Part shown: positions 24,506 to 32,524 of the stretch, in pieces
Layout: each line of letters begins with the position of its first letter
Position numbering within the stretch: the stretch's first letter is position 1
Assembly: GCA_032124675.1 (NCBI GenBank)
Contig: JAQBDA010000315.1
Span: 7,800 to 71,799, forward strand
Source of the DNA: Chloroflexota bacterium
GTDB lineage: Bacteria; Chloroflexota; Anaerolineae; Anaerolineales; UBA4823
DNA length: 64,000 nt
Direction: 5' to 3'
Translations under genes and position numbers: made by a program
The notes under the pieces: model-generated
The model's database searches: none
What the model saw: the letters and a program-made list of their open reading frames with translations, nothing else
What the model was told of the DNA's origin: nothing

Positions 24506-25394
24506 AAAGGGGGAGCCATGCCTGGCGGGGGAACAGGCGCGTTACAAGGCGGCGGTGGAATAAGCCCCATTTCCGCTTGCGCCGCACGCCTTTCTCCGCC
24601 ACAGGAAACGCGTCTCTCGCTAGGTCGTTTCCCGTGTGGGACGCAACAGGACGTGCCAATGCCGTCAGGTAGAGTGGGATAAGACTAGAGCGCGGCCGAC
24701 CATGGTGCTGTACGCTCAGCAGTTCGAAACCGCTCTTTTCCAGGGTCTGGGCCAGCGTGTGCGGGCTGTAAGATACCAGGTGGGCGACCTCGAAGCAGTC
24801 ATGGGCATACAGGTTAGGCACTTCGACAAGCAGCCAACCGCCGGGAGCCAGCAGCGTCTTTCTCAGGTCAATCAGATATAGGACCGGGTTGGGGATATGC
24901 TCCAGGACATGCGCCATGCTGACCAGGTCAAAGGCCGGCAGCCCGGCAGCTTTGATCTCTTCCAGCGTGGAGAATACGGTCAACCCCTGGTCGCGGGTGT
25001 AGCTGCGGTACGCCTCGCCAGGCTCCAGACCTACGGATTGGCAGCTGAAGCCGAGATTCAAACGCTGCATCAGCAGTCCCGCTGAGCTGCCGATATCCAG
25101 GTGGTTCCGGACTTCCGGGATCCGGTCCTGGATGAAGCTGAAAAGTGCTTCAGCCCGCAGCCGCTGGATTGCCAGGTCTTTCGCTCCCGGTCCGGCGCTG
25201 CCCTGGTATAGCAGGCGGTATTCCTGTTCGTAAAAGGTCTCCAGCTCCTCGTCCGACATGCGCGGTGACTGGTAGACCAGACCACAGGCGGAACAAAGCT
25301 GGTTCGCTACCGTCTGTTCTCGGAAGCTGCGCCGGTCGAATAGACTGCTCCCAATGCTGCCGCACAGCGGGCAGCTCAGGACATCGATGCTCAT
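24495..25394 (-). CDS. class I SAM-dependent methyltransferase with N-terminal Cys4 zinc ribbon
   Basis: 299 aa. CPLCGS...CSACGLVY, then LDIGSSAGLL (motif I) and AHVLEH. Confidence 0.8.
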   Translation of the reverse strand: MSIDVLSCPLCGSIGSSLFDRRSFREQTVANQLCSACGLVYQSPRMSDEELETFYEQEYRLLYQGSAGPGAKDLAIQRLRAEALFSFIQDRIPEVRNHLDIGSSAGLLMQRLNLGFSCQSVGLEPGEAYRSYTRDQGLTVFSTLEEIKAAGLPAFDLVSMAHVLEHIPNPVLYLIDLRKTLLAPGGWLLVEVPNLYAHDCFEVAHLVSYSPHTLAQTLEKSGFELLSVQHHGRPRSSLIPLYLTALARPVASHTGNDLARDAFPVAEKGVRRKRKWGLFHRRLVTRLFPRQAWLPLSNS

Positions 25395-27019
25395 TGCGGT
25401 CGGATGGCGTAAATTACAAAGTTTTCGATGCGCACGATCTCCTCGGCGAAATCGCAGGCAAGGGGGATCTCTTTGCTCTTGAATACCACATGCGTGATGC
25501 CATAATCATCGACCAGTGCCTGGAGCTGCGAGCACTTTTCGGCTCCCCCCGATTTGTAAAATTGGCCGGCACGCTGGACGCGGTCGTACCATTCGAGCAC
25601 TTCCACATCTTTATATGGATGAGATTTCCAGTTGATAAAGGTCGGTACTCCGGTGTACAGGCGGAAGTCGTCGAAATAATTATCTGTCGGCGGGATCATG
25701 TAAAGCTCTCCGGCGCGGCGGTTCTCGCGTACGTAATCCATCATCTGCACCAGACGGCGCTCCCTGCGACCGGAGCCGTACATGTCCTGCAGGTTTAAAC
25801 CACCGCCGACATTGATAAACACCACGTAGAGAGCCAGCGGCAGGAAGACCATCAGGAATTTCGGGTCGTTCATTCTAAGAAGGTCGATGAGACCGGACGC
25901 GATAAAGGCGATGATCAGCGCAGTCGATAGCGGCACCAGCAGGACCGATACGCGCCAGGGAGCCATCAAAGCCAGACTGTCGCTGCTAGTGAGCAGCTGC
26001 ACCAGGCTGACGACCACGCCGCCAACGAACAGCGATAGCATGATGTAAAATAGCCGCCGGTTGCGGAATGCCAGGATCAAACCCACCACCATGATCGCCA
26101 TCTGGAGGTTGGCGGTCGCGTTCCAGAATGATGCCGGAACAGCATGGTGCGGGATGCGCTCGTGCACGATGATATGCAGCGCTGTGCTCGAGGCCTCCGG
26201 CGATGTGGCGCTCAGCGCGGTCTGGTTGTGCAAGATCACAGGCAGCACGAATACCAGAGTGAACAGACCCAAGAATAACGGCTGCCGGGCTGCACGTATA
26301 ACCTTTTCGAGCGAAAACGGCCGCAGTGCCTGGGCATCTCGCAGGTTATCGGCGAATAGGATCAGCAGGTAGGCAATTGTGATCAGGGCTCCGCTCATCA
26401 GGTAAGCGGAGTGGAACAGCGCAGTCACGCCAACCAGGAACGCCGCCAGGTAGTATTTCCTCTTCAAGAAAGTGAAGATCGAGAGCAGCAGCAGGACGCC
26501 GAAGACACTGTTCTGGAACTCGATACCCAGCAGGTACTGCCCGGCTACCCCGGTATGCAGAAACTCGATATTTAAGCCGTAAACTTTCTCAACGCGTACA
26601 ATCGCCCAGCGGGCATGGGCGAGAAAGAACAGGGTGAAAAAAGCCATCTGCTTGGTCAGCGACCACTTGCCTTTATTGATCACTGCCATTATGCCCATGA
26701 TGCTGAATATATAGATACCGAGGATAACAGCATAGTACAGGTAAAACAGGTTTTCATTTAGCAAGGCGGTGGCGTATATCAGGCTGCTGAAGACAGGCAG
26801 CGGGTCGACTGTGTTTGCCAGCCAGTCGGCCGCTAAGTACCCTCTACCGGCCTGCGCCAGCCCGTGCAGGAACTTGGTGTTCTGGTTGCCTTCGTACAGC
26901 GGGGACTGGGTGTAAGCAACCGCAAAGACTGCAGCCACCAGCAGCCATAGGCCGATCCTGGCAATGACCTTCACTACGGGAGGGATCTTGATGTCCGGTG
27001 TGACGGCGTCCATCAGCAT
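25391..27019 (-). CDS. polytopic membrane protein with C-terminal soluble domain (unknown; polymerase/GT-C-like candidate)
   Basis: Many long hydrophobic segments followed by a roughly 150-aa hydrophilic tail. The track start 27085 would overlap the upstream gene by 62 nt, so ATG 27019 (MLMDAVTPD...) is preferred. No family recognised. Confidence 0.6.
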   Translation of the reverse strand: MLMDAVTPDIKIPPVVKVIARIGLWLLVAAVFAVAYTQSPLYEGNQNTKFLHGLAQAGRGYLAADWLANTVDPLPVFSSLIYATALLNENLFYLYYAVILGIYIFSIMGIMAVINKGKWSLTKQMAFFTLFFLAHARWAIVRVEKVYGLNIEFLHTGVAGQYLLGIEFQNSVFGVLLLLSIFTFLKRKYYLAAFLVGVTALFHSAYLMSGALITIAYLLILFADNLRDAQALRPFSLEKVIRAARQPLFLGLFTLVFVLPVILHNQTALSATSPEASSTALHIIVHERIPHHAVPASFWNATANLQMAIMVVGLILAFRNRRLFYIMLSLFVGGVVVSLVQLLTSSDSLALMAPWRVSVLLVPLSTALIIAFIASGLIDLLRMNDPKFLMVFLPLALYVVFINVGGGLNLQDMYGSGRRERRLVQMMDYVRENRRAGELYMIPPTDNYFDDFRLYTGVPTFINWKSHPYKDVEVLEWYDRVQRAGQFYKSGGAEKCSQLQALVDDYGITHVVFKSKEIPLACDFAEEIVRIENFVIYAIRPQ

Positions 27020-27023
27020 ATAC

Positions 27024-27848
27024 TTAGCCACCGACCCCGTTCCTCGCATCGATAGTTCGATAGTCTTTGGGCTGGACGAGAGCATTGATCTGTGCCAGGT
27101 CCGGGTTGTCCTTTGCGAACTCCAGCACTTCCAGCCAGGTGAAATCGTCCCGCCAGTCGAAGTGGGCGGCGATCGATCTCAGCAGTTCCAGATCCTGAGC
27201 GGTATCGACCGTCCAGCGCAGATCGCCGTGATCGTTATCGTGGTTCAGCAGCCGGATGCGGAAACGCTCGGGCTGTTCGTAAAAGAAGGGCATCACATGC
27301 TCGCGCTGGTGGGGCTGGTCCGCCTCGCTCCATGCCAGTTCCAGCCCGGAAAATGAACAGACCTCGATATCCAATCCGACCGGATATGTGCGTCCCCAGG
27401 GCGGCGGCAGGCGGTTAGCGACGAAGTCGTAGGGATATGGCGAGAGCGGTGCGTCGTGGCCTGCGGCTCGGGATTCGCTTCCCTCGGAGCCGGTGAAGGT
27501 AGCGACGGCTTCATCGATCAAGCCCGGATCGATCAGGGGACAGTCAGCAGTGATGCGCACCACGATATCCGCCCGGTGCTGCCGGGCAGCCTGGTAGTAG
27601 CGGTCAAGCACATCAAAGGCACTGCCGCGGTAGACAGGGTAGCCGCGTTCCTGGCAAAGCGCCTGGACAGCATCATCGGAAGGAGCAGTGGTGGTGGCGA
27701 CGATGACTTCAGCCATGCTTTGAGCACGCCGTGTGCGCTCTACAACCCAGGCAAGCATCGGCTTACCCCCGATATCCAACAGCACCTTATCGGGCAGCCG
27801 GGAGGAGGCCATACGGGCCTGGATGATAGCGATTGTTTTGGGTCTCAT
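27024..27848 (-). CDS. SpsF/PseF-like cytidylyltransferase (CTP_transf_3 family)
   Basis: 274 aa. AIIQARMASSRLPDKVL N-terminal signature typical of the SpsF/FlmC-type cytidylyltransferase group. Confidence 0.75.
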   Translation of the reverse strand: MRPKTIAIIQARMASSRLPDKVLLDIGGKPMLAWVVERTRRAQSMAEVIVATTTAPSDDAVQALCQERGYPVYRGSAFDVLDRYYQAARQHRADIVVRITADCPLIDPGLIDEAVATFTGSEGSESRAAGHDAPLSPYPYDFVANRLPPPWGRTYPVGLDIEVCSFSGLELAWSEADQPHQREHVMPFFYEQPERFRIRLLNHDNDHGDLRWTVDTAQDLELLRSIAAHFDWRDDFTWLEVLEFAKDNPDLAQINALVQPKDYRTIDARNGVGG

Positions 27849-27854
27849 AAATAG

Positions 27855-28952
27855 TTATTGGCGGGCAGCGAGTGCCATGTCGTAGGCACGCAGCAGGTGC
27901 TGGAAGTTCTCTTCCCAGTTCGCGCGTTCTTCGGCAATACGGCGGGCGGAGCGACCCATAGCTGCCAGTTGTGAGCGTTGGCTGACAGCGTTCAGGATCG
28001 CTTCTGACAGAGCGTCTGCGGAGCCGTCGGCGAACAACCATCCATTCACGTCTGGCTGTACCCACTCGCGGTTGCCCGGGATGTCGGATACGATGGCTGG
28101 TCTGCCGCAGGCCATCGCCTCCAGGAGAGAGATGGACGTCCCATCGCTGTGCGAGGCACTGATGTACAGGTCGCTGGAGCGGTAGTAACGCGGCAGGTCC
28201 GCCTGGCTGACCTGCCCTGGGAACAGCACCTGTTCATGCACACCGCCTTGCTGGATGACCTGTCTCAGAACAGACGCCTGCGACCCGTTACCGAGCATCA
28301 CCAGGCGCAGCTCCGGGTACTGGCGGGCAGCCTGCACGAAGGCTCTGGCGATCACATCGACGCCGTAGATCTGCTCCCAGCCGCGGGTGGAAAGCAGGGT
28401 GAAGGTCGCTTTGCAACCCGGTTCGGCGCCGGGCGTGTAGCGTTCCAGATCCGCGCCCCAGGGGAAGGTCACGATGCGCTCATCGGGCATGCCGTATGAT
28501 CGTGCCAGCAGGCGGATAATGTCAGAGTCGCCGACCATCACTGCACTGCGCTGCAGGGTGTAGCGCGTTGCCCAGCGCCAAAATGCGTCCCGGCTGGCAT
28601 CCTGGATCAGGTCGTATCCCCAGGAAGCGCTGACCAGCGGTCGGTAGCCGCTCAAGGCTACCAGGAATGCGGAGCGCTGCAGTGGTCCGGCATGCACCAG
28701 GTCGGGTTGAATTTCTTTGAGCACCCGTCGCAGGTCGAGCAGCAGGCGTGGTCCGTCCCGCAGTGTGGCGGGTCCTCTCCCGCCTGCCCACCTGACCTGT
28801 TCGATCTCGGCTGGCAGCGGGCGGTCTTCCAGAGCGTACCCGCGCTGCTCTAACTGGAGATAAAACACCCTGTGCCCGGTTTTCGCCAGTGCAGAGAGAA
28901 AGCGGTGGTCGTGGGTGGTGTAGTCGCGGGTGAAATATAAAATACGTGTCAA
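27855..28952 (-). CDS. glycosyltransferase family 4 (GT-B, Glycos_transf_1)
   Basis: 365 aa. EX7E-region SHSDGTSISLLEAMACGRPAIVSDIPGNREWV. Only a TTG start (28952-28950) is available; an in-frame stop lies 2 codons upstream. Confidence 0.85.
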   Translation of the reverse strand: MTRILYFTRDYTTHDHRFLSALAKTGHRVFYLQLEQRGYALEDRPLPAEIEQVRWAGGRGPATLRDGPRLLLDLRRVLKEIQPDLVHAGPLQRSAFLVALSGYRPLVSASWGYDLIQDASRDAFWRWATRYTLQRSAVMVGDSDIIRLLARSYGMPDERIVTFPWGADLERYTPGAEPGCKATFTLLSTRGWEQIYGVDVIARAFVQAARQYPELRLVMLGNGSQASVLRQVIQQGGVHEQVLFPGQVSQADLPRYYRSSDLYISASHSDGTSISLLEAMACGRPAIVSDIPGNREWVQPDVNGWLFADGSADALSEAILNAVSQRSQLAAMGRSARRIAEERANWEENFQHLLRAYDMALAARQ

Positions 28953-28982
28953 GTGTCAAGTTGCCCGGTGTCAGGTGTCAGG
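28946..28982. repeat. heptamer array GTGTCAA GTGTCAA GTTGCCC GGTGTCA GGTGTCA GG
   Basis: Read directly. It spans the GT4 TTG start codon and the stop codon of the four-helix-bundle gene. Confidence 0.85.
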
Positions 28983-29298
28983 CGGATTTCTTTTTACGAA
29001 GAGCGTGTTTTAGACCGCCGATCAATGCTTTGGTTTTGCCGGCTTGATCGTATTGTTCCTGGAATATATCTTCATTGATGTAACCAGCATCTACCGCAGT
29101 ATAGAGCAAAGATTGGACCTCTCCTGCCGAGCGCCTGGCAATGCCTAAGTAGCGAGCGAACTCGATTTGCGAATCACAGTCAAGGCCTTCGGCGATATTC
29201 GTCATAACAGAAACGGAAGCTCGTCGGATCTGGTCCCGTAAGCCCAAGTCTTTAGCAAATGCTCCAGTTTGTGTCAAGTCGTATATCTGCTTTGTCAA
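28978..29298 (-). CDS. four helix bundle protein (23S rRNA IVS / Avd-like family); probably disrupted by an in-frame TAA, full length 28978-29352
   Basis: The 106-aa TTG-started ORF has RRASVSVMTNIAEG and ARRSAGEVQSLL blocks typical of the family. Own translation upstream, in the same frame: ATG 29352 MPLIKRFEDILAW-TAA(29313-29311)-EARKL joins the ORF. The family normally has W-Q at that point. Low GC. Confidence 0.8.
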   Translation of the reverse strand: MTKQIYDLTQTGAFAKDLGLRDQIRRASVSVMTNIAEGLDCDSQIEFARYLGIARRSAGEVQSLLYTAVDAGYINEDIFQEQYDQAGKTKALIGGLKHALRKKKSA

Positions 29299-29429
29299 TT
29301 TGCGTGCCTCTTACCAGGCAAGAATATCTTCAAATCGCTTAATTAAAGGCATAGATATTCCTACTTATCCGATCTAAAAGATTTTCATCTGTCAGATAAC
29401 ATGACACTTGGCACTGGAACACCTGGCAC

Positions 29430-30500
29430 TTATACACTCGATAAATCTCCCCATCTGATCTCCTTCCCCGCCGGGATGTCCCTGATCGCCTTTGTCCCAA
29501 TCACATCATTGATCTCGTAAGGCGGGATCGCTCCTGGGGTGGCGGGGCGCAGCACATCGATCACCTCCCGGGTAATCAGCTCGCCGGGTTGAATGTCTCG
29601 GGCGGCGCGCAGGCAGCGGCGCTGTACGATTACGGTCTGCCCCTCGTTGCTGCTGACCCGTTTGTCCGCGGAGCCCAGAGCGCGCTCCATCTCGCGGGTG
29701 CGGTCGACCATATCGCGCCAGGTGGCGGGGGTCATAGAAAATGGATGGTCGGGACCGGTGCGGCTGTTGTCGTCGGTGAAGTGCTTCTCGATCACGCGCG
29801 CTCCCAGCGCCACTGCCCCTAACACTGTGGCGTGACCGGGCGTGTGGTCGGAGAGCCCCAGGATCAGCTCTGGGAACATGGCCCGGTACGTATTGAGCAC
29901 CTGCAGGTGGATGTGGTCGAAGTTCTCCAGGCTGGCAGTGTAGTTGGTATTGCACTGCATCAGCACCAACAGAGGGTTGATCTGCAGGATGGTGTGAACG
30001 GCGCGCTGCACTTCGCCGATATCCGAAGCACCGCTGGCAAGGATGACCGGCTTGCCCTTGCGGGCGATATGCTCCAGCATCTCCAGCCAGGTGATATCCC
30101 CTGAGCCGATCTTGTGCGCTGGCACGTGTGGGTCGAGCATATCGACGGCGTCGAAGTCATAGGGAGATGAAAAGTAATCGATGCCCACATCAGCACATTT
30201 TTCTTTCAAGACCGGCGTCCATTCGAATGGGATTGAGGCATCCGCATACACTTGAAAAACCGATTTTTTCCAGGCAGACTGGTGGGAAAGTTGCCCTCCC
30301 ATGCTTTTGAAGCCATAATCCGAGACGATCTGAGGGGCACGGAAATTTTGAAACTTGGCGGCATCCGCCCCGGCTTCTTTCGCCAGATGGATAAGCAGTA
30401 TGGCGCGTTCGATCTCTCCATCGTGGTTGGCGGAGATATCAGCGATGAAATACGTGGGGTGATTTTCGCCGATAGTGTGGGGGCCGATTTGGATATCCAT
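29430..30500 (-). CDS. NeuB-family nonulosonic acid synthase with SAF domain (PseI-like)
   Basis: 356 aa. FIADISANHDGE, AAKFQNF and GLSDHTPGHATVLGAVALGARVIEKHF (close to the PseI pattern). C-terminal SAF (RCLRAARDIQPGELITREVIDVLRP). Confidence 0.85.
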   Translation of the reverse strand: MDIQIGPHTIGENHPTYFIADISANHDGEIERAILLIHLAKEAGADAAKFQNFRAPQIVSDYGFKSMGGQLSHQSAWKKSVFQVYADASIPFEWTPVLKEKCADVGIDYFSSPYDFDAVDMLDPHVPAHKIGSGDITWLEMLEHIARKGKPVILASGASDIGEVQRAVHTILQINPLLVLMQCNTNYTASLENFDHIHLQVLNTYRAMFPELILGLSDHTPGHATVLGAVALGARVIEKHFTDDNSRTGPDHPFSMTPATWRDMVDRTREMERALGSADKRVSSNEGQTVIVQRRCLRAARDIQPGELITREVIDVLRPATPGAIPPYEINDVIGTKAIRDIPAGKEIRWGDLSSV

Positions 30501-30518
30501 GCTTGCTTTCCTTATTAT

Positions 30519-31445
30519 TCAATCAAGACGCTGGGCTGCCATGCGCTGGATGCGCTGTGGATAGCCATCAAGGTACTGCTGGTGGAAACGCTCCAGGCCG
30601 GCGGATATATCCGGCGGTTTCTCGCCCAGGGCGCTGGTCAGCTTATCTGTTCGCAGGGTAAGGTTGGGAGAACGGGCGGCCACCAGACTGCTCTGTTCTA
30701 CCAATACGGGGGTGATCAGAGATGCATCCAGGTGAAACTTGTTGGCTACACGGGTGCCAAACTCGTGCTTGCTGAGGCACTCACGGCTTACCACGTGGTA
30801 CAGTCCGGTCAGCTTGTGCTCCAACATCTTGACCAGGATCGCTGCCAGGTCGGTTGCCAGCAGCGGGCAGAAGAATACATCGGTAAACCCCATGACCTGC
30901 ACCCCTGCCTGCAGATTGCTGACAAAGAATTCGCCCAGGCTGCGCCTGCCGCTCATGCTCCAGCCAAAAAGGTTGACTCGGGCGATGATCGCCTCCGGGT
31001 TGGCGCTGGCTACGCGGCGCTCGCCATCCAGCTTGGTTTGGGCGTACACACCCAGCGGATTGGGTGCATCCTGTTCGGTATATTCCCCGCGACGGCCATC
31101 GAACACAGCATCGGTTGAGATGTGCACCAGGCGCGCTCCGCCCCTGGCGACATTGGCAGCCAGTCGGGCAGGTAGATCGCTATTCGTTTGTTGTGCCAGG
31201 ACCGGGTCGGTCTCGCAGGCATCGACGTTTGCCAGCGCTGCGCAGTGGATCACCCAGTCGGGTTGGGTCTGGTCGAGCACCCGTTCCACTGCTCCCAAGG
31301 CGAGCAGGTCGCTCTGCAGCACAGTGAAGGCGCTGGTGTTTAGAAGGTGGTCCTTGGCAGTTCCATATACTTCGTGCTCCGCCGCAGTCTCCAGGGCCAG
31401 GTTCAGACCGAGCAGACCGCTAGCTCCGGTGATGAGGATACGCAT
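30519..31445 (-). CDS. RmlD-like NAD(P)-dependent sugar reductase (dTDP-4-dehydrorhamnose reductase family)
   Basis: Start trimmed to ATG 31445 (MRILITGASGLLG); the track's 24 extra codons lack support. YAQTK catalytic YxxxK. About 308 aa. Confidence 0.75.
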   Translation of the reverse strand: MRILITGASGLLGLNLALETAAEHEVYGTAKDHLLNTSAFTVLQSDLLALGAVERVLDQTQPDWVIHCAALANVDACETDPVLAQQTNSDLPARLAANVARGGARLVHISTDAVFDGRRGEYTEQDAPNPLGVYAQTKLDGERRVASANPEAIIARVNLFGWSMSGRRSLGEFFVSNLQAGVQVMGFTDVFFCPLLATDLAAILVKMLEHKLTGLYHVVSRECLSKHEFGTRVANKFHLDASLITPVLVEQSSLVAARSPNLTLRTDKLTSALGEKPPDISAGLERFHQQYLDGYPQRIQRMAAQRLD

Positions 31446-31513
31446 GATGGTATTTGTCCGCCAAAAGTCAGCAGTGAAAGCGAATAGTGTTTCACTCCTG
31501 ACCTTTGGGCGCT

Positions 31514-32524
31514 TCACTCATCGCCGGTCCAGCCTCCTTCATTCAGCTCGAAAAGTGCGATCATTTCGCGGATTTGGTCGATTGTCAGCCACTGCGGGTT
31601 GGTATCGCTGGCATAACGGAAACCGTCAGGCAGCTGGCGACCTTTTTCCTGCCATTCGTGCCCAAACCAAAGCTCGGTGGTAGGCTGGACGACGTACATG
31701 TCTTCGGTCTCGATGGTCGTGCGGGCTTCATCCTCGTGGATGAGCACCTCGTGCAGTTTCTCGCCAGGGCGGATGCCTATGACATCGATCTCTGCCTGGG
31801 GAGCGATGGCATTAGCCAGGTCGGTGACTCTCATGCTGGGGATCTTCGGCACGAATACTTCACCGCCGAGCATCTGCTCCGTACCCCGTATCACAAAGCG
31901 CACGCTCTGTTCCAGGGTGAGCCAGAAACGGGTCATGCGCCGGTCGGTGATGGTCAGCTTGCCGTCGTGGCGCTGGCGGATGAAGATCGGGATTACGCTG
32001 CCCCGGCTCCCAACGACATTCCCGTAGCGCACGCAGCTGAACCGGGTCGCCGTACCGGCTGCGTAGGCATTGCTCTGCACCAGCAGCTTCTCCGCGGCCA
32101 GTTTGGTGGTGCCGTAAAGGTTGACCGGGTTGACGGCTTTGTCGGTGCTCAGCGCCATCACCTTTGGGACAGACATGTCCAGGGCCGCCTCGACCAAATT
32201 GCTGCTGCCCAGGATATTGGTCTTAATTGCTTCCATGGGGTTATATTCACAGGCCGGCACCTGCTTCAACGCTGCAGCGTGGATGACCACATCCACGCCG
32301 TGCATGGCGCGCCGCAGGCGGTCGAGATCGCGCACATCGCCGATAAAGTAGCGCAGACTCGGGTGGTCGAAACCGCCCACACGCATTTCGTGCTGCTTGA
32401 GCTCATCGCGGCTGAATATGATCAGCTTGGCTGGCGAGTATTCACGCAGCATGACCTCAATGAATTTCTTGCCGAAAGAACCGGTCCCGCCGGTTACTAA
32501 GACGACCTGGTTGCTCCAGTCCAT
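31514..32524 (-). CDS. pseB: UDP-N-acetylglucosamine 4,6-dehydratase (inverting), PseB/FlaA1-type
   Basis: Start trimmed to ATG 32524 (TAATG overlap with the upstream stop). VLVTGGTGSFGKKF, IFSRDELKQHEM, FIGDVRD, STDKAVNPVNLYGTTK, VRYGNVVGSRGSV and MTRFW blocks match recalled H. pylori/C. jejuni PseB almost block for block. Confidence 0.85.
   Translation of the reverse strand: MDWSNQVVLVTGGTGSFGKKFIEVMLREYSPAKLIIFSRDELKQHEMRVGGFDHPSLRYFIGDVRDLDRLRRAMHGVDVVIHAAALKQVPACEYNPMEAIKTNILGSSNLVEAALDMSVPKVMALSTDKAVNPVNLYGTTKLAAEKLLVQSNAYAAGTATRFSCVRYGNVVGSRGSVIPIFIRQRHDGKLTITDRRMTRFWLTLEQSVRFVIRGTEQMLGGEVFVPKIPSMRVTDLANAIAPQAEIDVIGIRPGEKLHEVLIHEDEARTTIETEDMYVVQPTTELWFGHEWQEKGRQLPDGFRYASDTNPQWLTIDQIREMIALFELNEGGWTGDE

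Noticed and set aside
28946-29432. A clean bracketing stem around the four-helix-bundle cassette, analogous to the 18-bp inverted repeat of the GxxExxY cassette
   Set aside because: The complementary words (AAGTGTCA/TGACACTT and CAGGTGT/ACACCTG) are arranged in crossing rather than nested order. A simple long stem is therefore not supported; only related heptamer arrays are claimed.
30252-32500. Three long plus-strand ORFs (30252-31118, 30739-31683, 31505-32500)
   Set aside because: All are antisense to the PseI-like, RmlD-like and PseB genes, whose translations match known enzymes block for block. The plus-strand products have no recognisable motifs.
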